From a virus (Duplodnaviria > Heunggongvirae > Uroviricota > Caudoviricetes), in the IMG/VR virus record IMGVR_UViG_2563366900_000004: DNA of 39,499 bases. The stretch is one strand, 5' to 3'. The position numbers and the translations under genes are program-made. Shown one piece after another: positions 8,760 through 20,491 of this stretch. A model generated the notes under the pieces. It had not been told where the DNA came from and searched no databases. It was given only the letters and a program-made list of their open reading frames with translations. How positions within the stretch are numbered: the first letter of the stretch is position 1; the number at the start of each line of letters is the position of its first letter.

Positions 8760-10879
8760 CTGTCACTAGCGAGCCATGTAATAATCCCCGTGCGGGCAAT
8801 GGTTTTTGCTTCATCTGTTGATAGGGTTTTCTCCCATCTCTTAAATGCCCCAGATTGCATCAGTTTCCTTTCTATTGCGCGTCTCACTTCTGCTCTGTCT
8901 ACTGGTGCGTTTTGCAGGCGAAATAGCATTGATTTAAACTCAGGAGAAGACAGTAGAGCATCAGCAGCCTTTATCCTGCTTGTTTTCCCTGACATCAATG
9001 CGGACGTTATCACCCCTGTTGCACCTACACCAGGAAGACCAGATAAGCTTGTAATACCTTCCGCCGCAGCAGCTTTTGAGGCTATTCCATAAATTTTTGC
9101 TAGACTACCCTTTTCCTTCAGAAAGTTATTAACTTGCTGATCCACAAGGCTGCTAGCATACTGCTTACCAGTATTGAGTCTATTCATAGCCTTGGCTGCT
9201 TGATAAATCGTATCAAGGCGCTTTGATGCATCTGTGCCAATAGCATCACGGAGAGTCTTCATATTGGCCCCATTGCGTGATATTCCGTTATACCATTTTA
9301 CAAATCCATCAACCCCTAATTGCTGACCTGGTGATTTAGCATAGCTGGTAAATGCTTTATTCATTGAGGTGAGCACAACTTCCTGCCGCATATCCTTTGG
9401 AATTGACTTCATTAATTGCCTAAAGTCACCACCGTTTCCTTTTGCCATATTAACAACGGCACTTTCAACTTTTGGAATTGCTGATTGCTGAAGTTTTCTA
9501 CCCAAAACGGTTACGGCATCATCTTCAATGGATTTTCGTTTTTTTACCAACTCCTTACCAAGCGTCCATAACTCCCCTGCGCCATATTTTTCTGCGACAG
9601 CCTGTTGGTCATCTGTTATAGCTGCATATAACTTTTTAAGAACACCTGTTTCTTCATCCTTGAATGGGCCAGAGCCTTTGCCAATAGCTTGCCCAACCTG
9701 CTTTCTGGCGAGATCTAAACGCCCATACGTTGGCAAGGTGTTTGGATCAAGTCGGTTCAATGTCCGCTTCATTATTGGAGATAATTCATCAATTCCACCT
9801 ATGTCATCAGCAAAATCCTCTAAAAAATTCAATGTATTGGTTGCCTCAATACGGTCTCTTACTGGAACCTTTTCGGCAATTTTGTTGTAGATGTTATCTG
9901 ACTGATTTTGTAATGATGAAATGGTTTTATCAAAATTATCTGCAAGCCTGTCAGAAACCAGTTGCTTATCAAGGTTTCCCCCAAATGAAGTTATCATTTC
10001 ATCAGCTTTTCTTCCTAATTCAGTAATAAAGCGCTTATGCGCCTCACTAATCTCTGTTCCAGGAAGACTTGCCACTGCATTATCAAGAGCCCTGACAGCA
10101 GGATTATTAGAGATCATTCCTGGAGTGGCATAATTTTCCAGTTCTAGCTCACGGATGGCATTTATCGCGTTAAAATCAGGATTAACTTCATCGGCGAAAC
10201 CTTGAATAGCTCGTTGCCCGCCAATAAATTTATTATCCATTGCGCCAGCAGCTTTCTTTAACGTTGCTTTAGATGATTTACTCCCCATCCCTACGGATGA
10301 GCGATAAATATCCCCGGCACTATTTTTAATTTTTCCTGCAATCTTCCCAAGCGCTGGACCAACAATCTCGGCTACAGGGCCAGCCACAGCGCCAATAGCA
10401 GCGCCGGAAGCAACATCGCTATTTGTTCCATTGGCTACAATAGCCCCTTCTCCAGCACCAAGCCCTGCGGCGGCAGCCAGCCTTGCCGCCCCTTTGGGAA
10501 CCTGAGAAATAATCCCACCACCACTAACAAATGGCGCTGCTTGTCCAACGAACTCACCAACATCTTGTGCGGTTGATGGTTTTGCCGCTAACTTCTGCTG
10601 TAGAGACTGAATTGCGGCTTGCTCTTCTGGTGTCATATCCTGAAACAGGCCAACACCTTTACCAACATCCATCAATCCACTGAGAACGCCATACATAAAA
10701 CGGTCGAAGCCGTTAGCATTATTAACAACATTTTCCTGTCTGGAATTTTCCTCTGGTGAAACCAAAGGAGATTGCTGCTGTTCTGGTTGGGCATCAAGCA
10801 CAAAGCCATCAGGAAGCTGTGAGTTATCAGGCTGATTATCGAGAACAAAGCCTTCGGGTAAACCTACATCGGTTGCCAT
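8756..10879 (-). CDS. ejection (internal virion) protein, P22 gp16-like
   Basis: 707 aa; position and N-terminus as in P22-like phages. Confidence 0.8.
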
Positions 10880-12207
10880 TGTCCGTTCCTGTAAATGAGT
10901 TTCTGACCAGTTTTAGGGTTCGTTGCCGTCGCGCCTTCTGATATCCCACTTGGCGCAGCTTTTGTCTGCCCATTACCACCTTGTGGTGTAGGCTGCGCTG
11001 GGACATCGTCAAATAGCTTGGCCTTCCTTCTCCCTAAGCTTTTTTTCAGCCCCTGAGGAATAGTATCTCCATACGTATCCAGATATTCGTCTACCTGCTG
11101 GTTAAACTGCTGCCCCATAGCGTTGGCGTTAATTTTTGCTGCGTTAACAATGTTATCCCTCGCTTCCTGTGACAAGCCATTCCCTGCATTAAGCTGGTCT
11201 ACATATCCTTTTATCTGCCCCCATATGCCATCAGAGCGCATAACCTGAACCTGTTCACCTTCGCGAACAACTGACTGAGGGTCGAGAGACTTCATGTAAT
11301 TAAAGATAATCCCAAGTTGGGCAGCGCCAGTATTTACCTTGCTAAGGGCTTGCAGAGAGTTTGCCGCCGCTCTGACAGAGTTATAATTTTTACCAAAATT
11401 GGTAATGTCAGAATTTAATCCCTTAATTAATTCTGCTGACGGCTTACCTTTTTGCCCCAGCTCCATTAGCTTCAATCCCATCTCATCTGAGTGCATTTGT
11501 GCCCGCTGAGCCCTGTCTAGTTGAGCGTTCTGGATATTTGCCCATCCTCTCTCGTTCTCCATGTCAGCCTGACGGATGCTTTCATCCAATCGCCCTTTCT
11601 CAATTTCACGACCAGCTATCTTGTCCTGAACAGCAAACGCCTTTTCTGGCCCAAGTGCACCGAGAGACATAGTAGTCAGCATGTGTGATAGCTGCTCTGG
11701 ATTCTGAATACCTGTCTGAATCATCCAGTCAGCATTCGCCCCCACGCGATTTAACCTGTCCTTGTTATCAGTAATGAATTTACTGTAGGCTTCCGGTCCC
11801 TGAGAAAGAGCGACGTTAGCCCTCATGGCTAAATCGCCCATATCGTTGCGTTGCTGCTCATTAAGACCGGAAAATGCCTGTTGTGCCTGTGCAACAAACG
11901 CTGGATTTTCCTGGGCAAACTTAAATAGTCCCGATGGATCACCAGAAGCCCATGCATCAGCGTGAACCTTATTGAACGCACTAATCGCTTTCTGTTGCTG
12001 TTCCTGCTTATAAATATCAGCAACTCCAGCCAGACCACGTAATGCGGTCAGACCAACGTTATTTGCACCTGATCGAGCCAGTTCATTGTTTTCGCGGATC
12101 AGACCAAGCGTTGCGTTAATGTCGCTTGCCTTTGGCGCATTCTCATTTTGCGTACCGATGCCAGCCAGAAAACCACCAGAATTAATACCCTGTTGCCACG
12201 TAGCCAT
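10864..12207 (-). CDS. ejection protein, P22 gp20-like
   Basis: 447 aa; synteny and N-terminal similarity. Confidence 0.8.
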   Translation of the reverse strand: MATWQQGINSGGFLAGIGTQNENAPKASDINATLGLIRENNELARSGANNVGLTALRGLAGVADIYKQEQQQKAISAFNKVHADAWASGDPSGLFKFAQENPAFVAQAQQAFSGLNEQQRNDMGDLAMRANVALSQGPEAYSKFITDNKDRLNRVGANADWMIQTGIQNPEQLSHMLTTMSLGALGPEKAFAVQDKIAGREIEKGRLDESIRQADMENERGWANIQNAQLDRAQRAQMHSDEMGLKLMELGQKGKPSAELIKGLNSDITNFGKNYNSVRAAANSLQALSKVNTGAAQLGIIFNYMKSLDPQSVVREGEQVQVMRSDGIWGQIKGYVDQLNAGNGLSQEARDNIVNAAKINANAMGQQFNQQVDEYLDTYGDTIPQGLKKSLGRRKAKLFDDVPAQPTPQGGNGQTKAAPSGISEGATATNPKTGQKLIYRNGQWQPM

Positions 12208-12217
12208 TGATTACCCC

Positions 12218-12910
12218 TTAAAACAACGAGCCAAGCAGACCAAGACCAGCACCGATACCAGCACCCCACGGAGTTGATAGCTCGAGAGCACTGGCTATGC
12301 CACCACCCAAAAGCGCACCGGATGCAGCACCACTAACACCCTGCTGCAATGCTGACGGTCGGTTGGCGTTTGCCGCTGCCAGCGCCGCGCTTTGCTGTGA
12401 AATCTGGCTCATGTTGTTGGCATATGTTTGCCCGGCGTTTGCCTGCCCCTGAAGAGCGCCAAGACCGATATTTGCCAGGTTGTTGTAATTGTTCATTTGT
12501 CCAGATAGCCATTGCTGACCAAGCGTTGGTGCGATTGTTGCTAACTGATTACTGGTTGCGGTGGAACCCAATCCACCTGTTGCTTCCGCTGCCGCCAGAC
12601 TCTGATAGCGAGCCTGACCAGCAAGATCTTTGTACTGCTGAGAGTTGTAATACTGGTTAAGCGCCTGACCTTGCCCCTCCAGAGACGATAAGTTCTCGAG
12701 GCTGCCGACATACTTATCAGCCAGAGGAGTAAACGGTTTCAGGTTGTTCATGATGGTGTTGAACTGCTGATTTTGCAGGTCTGCGGCATACTTCTGAGCT
12801 TCTGCTGCATACTTTGCGCTTTTATCAGAGCTGCCACCTTTCCCGCCTTTTTCAGGGCAATAAGGTTCCTCGCCGCGCAGTTTTCTGCCCAGCTTAAATG
12901 CATATAACAT
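12218..12910 (-). CDS. ejection protein, P22 gp7-like
   Basis: 230 aa; MLYAF.LGRKLRGEEP...GGKGGSS N-terminus and Gly/Ala-rich C-terminus match P22 gp7. Confidence 0.85.
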   Translation of the reverse strand: MLYAFKLGRKLRGEEPYCPEKGGKGGSSDKSAKYAAEAQKYAADLQNQQFNTIMNNLKPFTPLADKYVGSLENLSSLEGQGQALNQYYNSQQYKDLAGQARYQSLAAAEATGGLGSTATSNQLATIAPTLGQQWLSGQMNNYNNLANIGLGALQGQANAGQTYANNMSQISQQSAALAAANANRPSALQQGVSGAASGALLGGGIASALELSTPWGAGIGAGLGLLGSLF

Positions 12911-12912
12911 GG

Positions 12913-13368
12913 CTATCTCCCGTGATTCAGGAAGTTGATTAGTTCTTCGCGTGTGGCGCTGTAAAACGTTACGTCATCCACGCCTTTGAAGTATTTCTTG
13001 ATGGTTCCTACACGCTTAAGGCCAATCATTGCGCAGTACATCTGCCCGTGGCGGAATTTGCGTGCAGCGAACGATGTGACGCACTGAACGGTGGTGTTAG
13101 TCAGAATGTATCTCCAGAACGCCAGCCCGATTTCCTTGCTGAATCCGCGAATCTCTGGCAGGTACATGGCGTGGCAATCAAAGGTCAGCGGCTGAATCTC
13201 CTGATAGTAAACAATTCCGCCGAACTGCCCGTGCACGTTCACCTCAAAGTAACGGCAATCAGGTTTGTAGTCGTATCCATCACCGTTGTTGCTCCCGGCG
13301 ATAATGTCAGGGTGATTTCCGACTGCTTCGATCAGGTCAATGTTTCGCGTTGGTTTGAATGTAATCAT
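12913..13368 (-). CDS. P22 gp14-like virion assembly protein
   Basis: 151 aa; assigned by position between needle and gp7. Confidence 0.55.
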   Translation of the reverse strand: MITFKPTRNIDLIEAVGNHPDIIAGSNNGDGYDYKPDCRYFEVNVHGQFGGIVYYQEIQPLTFDCHAMYLPEIRGFSKEIGLAFWRYILTNTTVQCVTSFAARKFRHGQMYCAMIGLKRVGTIKKYFKGVDDVTFYSATREELINFLNHGR

Positions 13369-14069
13369 CAGTCAATCAGCCCATGTAATCTAAGTGCTGT
13401 TTCAAGCGCCAGAATACGCTGCCGCGCCTGCTGCAAACCTGTAGCGAGAGCTGCGACTTCGGATTGTGTGTACGTAGTGCCGACAGCGTATGACTGGTTA
13501 GCGTTGAATGAGCCAAGAAGTGGCGTACCTGTGGCTGCAGTCCATCCGGTATTTCTTGCTCCAACAACCTGAATTCCATCAACTGAATATGATGTTTTTA
13601 CATCCAGCGGTGACGCAAGAGACTGCGATTCGGTTACAGTTTTCGATACGTAATCACTCTTAATGTCAGATACATCGCTTTCTACGCCATCCAGTCTTTG
13701 GTCAACAGTGACCAGATGCGCCTGAATATCGATAACCTCATCCAGCAAGTAATCAACATCGCTACGCAGTACGACTATCTTCCCTTCGGCAGTTGTTAAC
13801 CTGACCTCAAGTAGATTTATCGCTTTTGTGTTTGCGGTGATTCTTGCGTCGTGATCAGCCAGTTCGACGTCCTGTTCATCGTTTTTCACCTGAGCATCGT
13901 AAGCGCCCTGACCAGCCTGATTTGCCTTCCCGGCAATTGCGCCGACATCAGCCCCCTGATTAATGACATACAACAGGTAAGACTGGCTGAATATATTGCG
14001 TGGAAGGATTGATGTATCGAGCCGCGTCGCCTGCACAATAACAGGGGTGTTGAGATTCGAATCAGCCAT
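13368..14069 (-). CDS. tail needle protein, P22 gp26-like
   Basis: 233 aa; N- and C-terminal thirds align with P22 gp26. Confidence 0.85.
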   Translation of the reverse strand: MADSNLNTPVIVQATRLDTSILPRNIFSQSYLLYVINQGADVGAIAGKANQAGQGAYDAQVKNDEQDVELADHDARITANTKAINLLEVRLTTAEGKIVVLRSDVDYLLDEVIDIQAHLVTVDQRLDGVESDVSDIKSDYVSKTVTESQSLASPLDVKTSYSVDGIQVVGARNTGWTAATGTPLLGSFNANQSYAVGTTYTQSEVAALATGLQQARQRILALETALRLHGLID

Positions 14070-15487
14070 TACTCAATCCTTATCTGGCAGCCAGACAGAG
14101 TGACAGGTGACTTAGTGATAACGCGCAATTTGAAGCCGACATTTTTCCTGATGCGCCCGACTCGCTTCCACAAAACACGTTTGTCATAAACGAACGGTTC
14201 ATTCTGCTCAATCATCTGCTCACGCCCGTAATTGATGCCGTCAGTGGTTGCAGAGAGAAAAAGGCGGTCAGCATACTGCGCAACGCCAGTTGACGATTCA
14301 ACCTCAAGGTCGAAAACTCTGGCGTTATCCGCTTTGAACAACGGAGTAAACAGCAGGTGTTCCTGTTGCTTGTCGTACTGGCTGCTGATATCGAACTGCA
14401 ATTTGCCGATAACCGATTCCAGCTTATCGCCGCACGTTATCTGATTGCCTTCGTAAATGAAGTCGATAGCGCGGTACACATCGTCATACAGGCCTGTTTT
14501 CAACACACACCATTGCGGACCATTGGCGCTTGAAGATGCGTCGTATACGAGGACGTGGCGCGGAAGATGGATAATCAGCAACTCATGAGCATCAAACCGC
14601 AACGATTCCATCACGCCATCAGCCAGTTCATCAGCAGTGTAGGAGCGGAGGATTTTCTCAATGCTCGCGCTGGCGATTGGTGACACCTGACCGGAGCCGA
14701 TGATGTATACAGACGGCGCACCTGTTGCCGGATTGCTGATGAACGCATACGAATCAGCAAACGGCGTTTTGCAGTAGGTTCCGGCAATCCCTTTCTGCAC
14801 CATCAGTGATGGCTGTGCGACATACAAAGCGGCACCAACGGTGGTTGCACCAGTCAGGGAGAAATATTCAATCGTCGATGAACCAAAGCAGACGATGAAG
14901 TCTCGCCATGTACCTATGCCGATGATGCCGTCCGGCTGCGATTCTGCGCGATATTGTGCGCTGTAACGGTCAGGATGCGATTCGTCTTCAAGGTCAGTGA
15001 TAAACCATGAATCAGTACCGTCTTTTGACCACGCATAACGCCCACGTAAACGCGTAATGTCACGGACCGAACCTAACTCATACTGCGTGAATCCGCTGTC
15101 TGCAGGCCAGTTTGATACGGTTTTAACCGTGCCATCATAGCGATACTCGACCAGTTGACCATTAACGCCTACCGCCTGTGATGTCCGACCATGCGCCATT
15201 GATACACGACCACTTCCGGAAACATCACCGACTTCACTTTCTCCTTTGTAGAGCTTGCCACCACACACGCGATAAACAGCATTCTGCGCCATGTTGTACT
15301 CGACTCCGCGCGATACACCGTTTACATCAGAGCGTTTGGCAATGCCCGGGAATGAGCGAAGATATCCGCTGATGTTAAGGATTTCTTTGGGGGTTGCCAG
15401 CATATTCACTGGCAGATAGTCGATATAGTCGGCGTTTCGAAAGTCTTTGCCGACACCTTTCATAAGCGGAAGTTGCTGAATAGGCAT
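14069..15487 (-). CDS. tail hub protein, P22 gp10-like
   Basis: 472 aa; near full-length similarity to P22 gp10. Confidence 0.9.
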   Translation of the reverse strand: MPIQQLPLMKGVGKDFRNADYIDYLPVNMLATPKEILNISGYLRSFPGIAKRSDVNGVSRGVEYNMAQNAVYRVCGGKLYKGESEVGDVSGSGRVSMAHGRTSQAVGVNGQLVEYRYDGTVKTVSNWPADSGFTQYELGSVRDITRLRGRYAWSKDGTDSWFITDLEDESHPDRYSAQYRAESQPDGIIGIGTWRDFIVCFGSSTIEYFSLTGATTVGAALYVAQPSLMVQKGIAGTYCKTPFADSYAFISNPATGAPSVYIIGSGQVSPIASASIEKILRSYTADELADGVMESLRFDAHELLIIHLPRHVLVYDASSSANGPQWCVLKTGLYDDVYRAIDFIYEGNQITCGDKLESVIGKLQFDISSQYDKQQEHLLFTPLFKADNARVFDLEVESSTGVAQYADRLFLSATTDGINYGREQMIEQNEPFVYDKRVLWKRVGRIRKNVGFKLRVITKSPVTLSGCQIRIE

Positions 15488-15495
15488 TTATTCAC

Positions 15496-15978
15496 CTATG
15501 CGTTTGGGATATCGCCATCAATCAGAGGGAGATCGCCTGGATAATATCGGTCAGATGTAAACACGTCATATTTATTACCCTGTCCTACAGGAAAATCTCC
15601 ACGTCGTCGCATTGAAGGAACAACCAGAGTGTCGGTCATCAAGGCATCATATGAGCGTTGGGCGTTACTGAGAACTTGCGAAGTTGGCTCAAGGCTGTAA
15701 TCAGATAGCATTCTCAGCAATAACTGATAGCCTACTGCGTGTTTGTATTTTCTTGGAAGACCTGACTCATCATCAGGTAATGGCTGCTCATCTCCAGTTG
15801 CGAAAGCGTAACCAATGTCGCCGGGGTTAATCATCCACTCGGACATCATATCTTCCAGATCATTTACACCATCTTCAATTGATTGCGGCTCAACATCAGT
15901 CAGCGATGCATTAGAAGCAATAGCAAACTTACGAAGCGCAAAAAGGACGATCTCACCCTTTGTCAGTACTGTTGCCAT
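15496..15978 (-). CDS. head-to-tail adaptor, P22 gp4-like
   Basis: 160 aa; LTDVEPQS motif and length as P22 gp4. Confidence 0.8.
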   Translation of the reverse strand: MATVLTKGEIVLFALRKFAIASNASLTDVEPQSIEDGVNDLEDMMSEWMINPGDIGYAFATGDEQPLPDDESGLPRKYKHAVGYQLLLRMLSDYSLEPTSQVLSNAQRSYDALMTDTLVVPSMRRRGDFPVGQGNKYDVFTSDRYYPGDLPLIDGDIPNA

Positions 15979-16138
15979 TGTCTGCCGCCTTACGACCTCG
16001 CTTACTGGTCGGTTTCAATTCATCAACTGAGGCAACAAAGCCCAACTTTTCGAAAAACTGGAAGTCTTTTTCTGCGATAACGGCCTGTACATGTCCTGAT
16101 TCGTTATCTGCGGCAAGGAATACACTCATGCGATCCAT
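15953..16138 (-). CDS. small hypothetical protein between coat and gp4
   Basis: 61 aa ORF with ATG and GGAA RBS; unknown function. Confidence 0.4.
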   Translation of the reverse strand: MDRMSVFLAADNESGHVQAVIAEKDFQFFEKLGFVASVDELKPTSKRGRKAADNGNSTDKG

Positions 16139-16181
16139 ATTGTTTCCTTAAAACATAAAAGGGGCGTAAGCCCCCTTGTTA

Positions 16182-17453
16182 TTACGGATTACCGAAGAAC
16201 TGACCGCCCATGTGAGGGTTAAAGCACACATATGCAGGCAGTAAGTCGAAGCGCATTTTTTGCACGTTGGCATCGCCATCTGCGTATTTATGTACGCGGA
16301 TGGAGAAACCTTCATATGTTGCAACAGCAGAATCAATACTGTGCAGTTTCGGTAGTGGGATAGAGCCAAGTCCACAGAAGAACTTGTTATAGAACAGGTT
16401 TGGCTTCATTGTCTGGCTAGCAGTGCCTACCACAGATACGGCATCGCCTGCCGCTACCTGACGACTTACAGAGTTGTACTGCGGGTTTGTAGTGTCATAA
16501 ATCGGAACACCAGAAAGCGTAACCGTCACATCGCCACTGCTGTCTGAATTAGCATCAGCAGTAACCGTTGCAGTGAAGCTAATTGGTGTGGCTCCGTTAT
16601 ACAACGCCTGTTTGGTCTGCTGTTGCAGCCAGTAGGTATTGGTGAATTTAACCTGATCACCAGCTTTCAGAAAACCTGTAACGCTGGCTGTCGCTCCGGT
16701 CAATGTTACAGTGAACTGGTATGAGTCTTTAACTGCGTTATAGGTAACAGTTGGCTGTGTTTTGACTGTCAGTGTTCCGCCAAATGCCCCCTGCGTACGA
16801 GAGGCAAGCCCATTAGACATCAGTGCGCGAATGCCGCCAAAATTGGTTGGAATCTGCGCATTCTCCCATGCAGTACGAACCAATTGATCTGAAGCGTGCA
16901 AACCAGTCTGCGCATCAGCAAGTCGCTGTGCAGACCATGGATCCATTACAGCATAGTTTTCACCTTCATTAACGCCGAGGTCTTTCAGGAAAGATGCCGT
17001 CTGCGCAACATCAGACCATTTGGTGATTGGAGTATTGGGGCTACCAAGTGACAACGCACCGTTATTCATCATGAAGTGAGCAAGCTCTGTTTCAAGGTCG
17101 GTAACGATTCGCTGGCGAACCGGCGCGAGAATTTCTTCCAGTTGGTTAAGCTTGATCGCTTCCTCCAGTTGCTGATATTCAACAGCAACAGTGATGTAGT
17201 TACCTACACGCCCCGTAGCTTTACCTGAGATCAGGTTGTTTTTATTTTGCCCTGAAATATCACCAGTGGGAGTACGGAGGGATGAGAATTGATGCGGACG
17301 TTTAAAGCTAACGCTATCGCCAGTGCTGGAGTTGATTTCACCTGCCAGCAACTGACGGTCTACGGTTTTCGCCAGAACTAAATCTGACATAAAACCCGGA
17401 AGGAATTTTTTCAGAACGATTTGACTGACGTTACTGTCGAGATTGTTAGGCAT
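16182..17453 (-). CDS. major capsid (coat) protein
   Basis: 423 aa; position after scaffold; Sf6/P22-type coat length. Confidence 0.85.
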   Translation of the reverse strand: MPNNLDSNVSQIVLKKFLPGFMSDLVLAKTVDRQLLAGEINSSTGDSVSFKRPHQFSSLRTPTGDISGQNKNNLISGKATGRVGNYITVAVEYQQLEEAIKLNQLEEILAPVRQRIVTDLETELAHFMMNNGALSLGSPNTPITKWSDVAQTASFLKDLGVNEGENYAVMDPWSAQRLADAQTGLHASDQLVRTAWENAQIPTNFGGIRALMSNGLASRTQGAFGGTLTVKTQPTVTYNAVKDSYQFTVTLTGATASVTGFLKAGDQVKFTNTYWLQQQTKQALYNGATPISFTATVTADANSDSSGDVTVTLSGVPIYDTTNPQYNSVSRQVAAGDAVSVVGTASQTMKPNLFYNKFFCGLGSIPLPKLHSIDSAVATYEGFSIRVHKYADGDANVQKMRFDLLPAYVCFNPHMGGQFFGNP

Positions 17454-17464
17454 TTATCTTTTCC

Positions 17465-18349
17465 TTATTCGATTTTTGCGCCGGGGCATAATTTGTTGAA
17501 TTCGTCTTGTTTCGCATCAGCACCGCCACCACGTACTTCCGGCTCTGGCTTGATGGCTTTCTTTGGTTTTGGAGCAAGGCTTACCTGTTTGCTAATCTGC
17601 CCCAAGAGGAATGCTGCGCGAATTGGATCTGTCTCAGCGGCTACACGCTGGCGTAATTGCTGGCTCTTACCTAAGCCATAGGCGAGTAGTTCAGAGCCTT
17701 CGTCTGCACAGTGAATGATGATTTCCTGCTGAATTGGTGGTAGCTCACTAAGAACAATGGCCTCCATTTCCTGATAATCTTTCACAGGAAGTTTTGCTGC
17801 CCGTTGTTTATGCGCTTCTACCCTTTGCTGGAAACGCTGTTGGTATTCCTGTTGCTGACGTAGTTTTTGTTGCTGCTGCTGTTCGACACGGCCTTTTTTC
17901 TCATGCCAATCAGTCAATGCCTGTTCAAACGCCTGTTCGTCATAATCACACGACTCAAGAGTCGGTTTTGGTGGAATAGCGTCTGGTTGTGGTTGCTGAT
18001 GTTCCGCAGGCTTGGCTAATGCTTCCTCAAGCTGGCGGCGCAACTCACGGTTTTCTTTCTGTGTTTCTTTGAAGCCTTTGCGAAGATCTTTCACCCATTG
18101 CGGTGCAGGTTGCCCGTCAATGTGATCATCATCGTCAGCGTTAAGCTGAATTTCTTCATCACCAATACGCAAGGCGTAATCTTCTGGTGTCTCTTCGGTT
18201 TTTTCAGGCTCAGTTGCCACCTCTTTACCGTTGTCATCCTGGCTTTCATTCTCAGGCTGTGACTCTGTTTGGATGATGGTTTCTTCTGCATTTTCCTGTG
18301 TTTCAGACAGGCCAATAACCTGACCGTCGATGATCAGTTCGTTTTCCAT
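17465..18349 (-). CDS. scaffolding protein
   Basis: 294 aa, acidic, Gln/Glu-rich coiled-coil composition; between portal and coat. Confidence 0.75.
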   Translation of the reverse strand: MENELIIDGQVIGLSETQENAEETIIQTESQPENESQDDNGKEVATEPEKTEETPEDYALRIGDEEIQLNADDDDHIDGQPAPQWVKDLRKGFKETQKENRELRRQLEEALAKPAEHQQPQPDAIPPKPTLESCDYDEQAFEQALTDWHEKKGRVEQQQQQKLRQQQEYQQRFQQRVEAHKQRAAKLPVKDYQEMEAIVLSELPPIQQEIIIHCADEGSELLAYGLGKSQQLRQRVAAETDPIRAAFLLGQISKQVSLAPKPKKAIKPEPEVRGGGADAKQDEFNKLCPGAKIE

Positions 18350-18362
18350 TGATTACTCCTGG

Positions 18363-20489
18363 TTAACTCGGCATTAAGTCTGCCGGAGACTGTGGTGGTG
18401 ACTGGAATTGCTGTTGTTGTGACTCGGCGACATCTTTCAGAAGGCGTATTGCCTCCATCACTGCTTTGTCATCGATGTTTCTGGCTTGGGCCAGTTTATA
18501 GACAGTGTTTGCCTGACTCTCCATCGCATCCTGCTGGGCAGTAAATGCTTTGATTTGAGTTTGAGCAGTTTCGTTAGTTGCTTTTTGCGCTTCTGCCTGC
18601 GCTGCTACCATTTGCGCCTGAGCGAGAACCATTTCAGGATTTGGCTGGCTTTGTGCTGCCATTTGCGCCTGTTGAACAATCTGCTGATCTTTCTCATTGC
18701 GTGGTTTTGCAATACCAGATATCAGCAGTTGGTTTCGGTTGTACTCTTTGAAGTCATCAAGGCCTTCGCCATCGATATTGTCCAGAATAATACCCTGAAT
18801 TGCCGGGCGCATTGGGTCTGTTGGAAGCATAGAGCTAAGGACATTTGTCAGTACAGAAACCGTTGCATCACGTCGTGCTGTGTAGCTTGGTCCAACATCA
18901 ACCGTCACATCGTATCGACCGACAGAAAGGTCATTTAACGCAACAACAGCCCCTGTTTGCCTGTCAACAACCTGTGCGCTCAGGACAGCGATATCATCAC
19001 TTCCATCTTCGTTAACGATGCGCACTTCACGTTCTGAACCGTACACTTCACGCGCCATTGACAGCCATACTTCACCAGCGCGTTTAAGACTTTTCGCCAT
19101 ATTGTCCAGATAGATAAACGAAGCCATATCTGCTCTGTTCATCAAGTTGTTAACCGTTTCCTGAGCAATATTACTTGGCATCTGCTGCATGGCCTGACTG
19201 CCGCCTGTAACCTCCTGAATATCAGCACTGGTTTGCTGTAGTAATGCAGCCAATGCCTGATTCATAACCGCAGGCTGTGTATATCCTGCCGGGGTAGCTC
19301 CAGCGATGATGTTGCCAGATTTATCTCTCACTTCGCGCAACGGCAAGAACGCTGGTCGTTTCTTGTTGCGAGCCTCCCAGTGCTTCTCAAGTCCACGTAT
19401 TTGCTCCATGCCAACTATAGGGATCTGACCGGGGTCTTGCGCTGCAGTATCAGCCAGCATTGATACCTGAAGGTTGTACAAACGCTGTGGATCCATTGCT
19501 TTTGCAATATGTCCTTCGACACGCTCAATGTCATCAATGAACCAGCGTTTTCCATAAACCGGGATGAGGGGGATATGCTCACCAGGAATACGTCGAGGTT
19601 TCTCAAGGAAACCATCACCATCCACTACTGATACATACACACGACGCCGCTTCACTGAGCGCCTTGCAACTTCCTGAAATCCAGCTATTGCCAGTTCATC
19701 TTCAATATCTTCGACCTGATCACTGTCGTATGTTGCAATCTCTCCAGTGATTGAATGTCGATAACTGATAACGTCAACAGACTCTTTACGAACTTCGTAA
19801 TACTTCGCTATGTAAATAACATCTGCATCAAACCAGTCATATTCCCAACTGGTCATAGACGTTACATCCAGAGAAGCAGGAGGTTTCTTTCCGTATTCAG
19901 CCTCATATTTTTCAGGTGACAACGAATACATGCAGAACGCCCACAACGCGTCAGATTTGTCGTACTTCTTAGCGTCAGGGTCAAACCACACAGAGCGCGA
20001 CGGGTCGTATATTGGTTCAATAGCAATACGCTGACGATCGTCCATGGGGTCGTATTCATTGACCAGCATCGACGTCAAACGGAAGCAACCGAAACCACCA
20101 GTAGCAGCGTCGTCAAATGCATTATCGCAAGCCTCACCGCCATCAGTTTCTTCGTAGTCAGCACGGAACAGACCATTTAATTTATTGGCTAACTCTTCGC
20201 TTGCCTCTCTGTCACCAGGACGAAACTTAACGGTGATTCTGTTATTGCGGTATTCTGCAATGATGCGGTTAAGTTCAGTTGCTACCTTATTGATTTCAAA
20301 CTTAGGATACTTCTCGAACTGCTCATCAAGCTTAGTTCCAGCCGCCGTTGCTCCTTCCCATTGACCTCCGGGGACACGAGCAAACCTCGTAGCTTCAATG
20401 CACTTTTCGCGCACTTCCTGCTGTGGAGAATAGGCGCGGTCAAACCTGAGCATGATCCGCTCATGTTTTTTCTCTAATGTCTCTGCCAT
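18363..20489 (-). CDS. portal protein
   Basis: 708 aa from ATG at 20489 (MAETLEKK...) just after the TerL stop; the track start at 20561 is GTG and overlaps TerL by 70 nt. Confidence 0.85.
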   Translation of the reverse strand: MAETLEKKHERIMLRFDRAYSPQQEVREKCIEATRFARVPGGQWEGATAAGTKLDEQFEKYPKFEINKVATELNRIIAEYRNNRITVKFRPGDREASEELANKLNGLFRADYEETDGGEACDNAFDDAATGGFGCFRLTSMLVNEYDPMDDRQRIAIEPIYDPSRSVWFDPDAKKYDKSDALWAFCMYSLSPEKYEAEYGKKPPASLDVTSMTSWEYDWFDADVIYIAKYYEVRKESVDVISYRHSITGEIATYDSDQVEDIEDELAIAGFQEVARRSVKRRRVYVSVVDGDGFLEKPRRIPGEHIPLIPVYGKRWFIDDIERVEGHIAKAMDPQRLYNLQVSMLADTAAQDPGQIPIVGMEQIRGLEKHWEARNKKRPAFLPLREVRDKSGNIIAGATPAGYTQPAVMNQALAALLQQTSADIQEVTGGSQAMQQMPSNIAQETVNNLMNRADMASFIYLDNMAKSLKRAGEVWLSMAREVYGSEREVRIVNEDGSDDIAVLSAQVVDRQTGAVVALNDLSVGRYDVTVDVGPSYTARRDATVSVLTNVLSSMLPTDPMRPAIQGIILDNIDGEGLDDFKEYNRNQLLISGIAKPRNEKDQQIVQQAQMAAQSQPNPEMVLAQAQMVAAQAEAQKATNETAQTQIKAFTAQQDAMESQANTVYKLAQARNIDDKAVMEAIRLLKDVAESQQQQFQSPPQSPADLMPS

Positions 20490-20491
20490 GT

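Noticed and set aside
13048..13572. 174 aa plus-strand ORF inside the tail needle/gp14 genes
   Set aside because: Entirely antisense to well-supported structural genes with no RBS context. The same applies to other long antisense ORFs such as 21176..21820 (+), 18486..18938 (+), 20552..20995 (+), 37214..37864 (-) and 38305..38763 (-).
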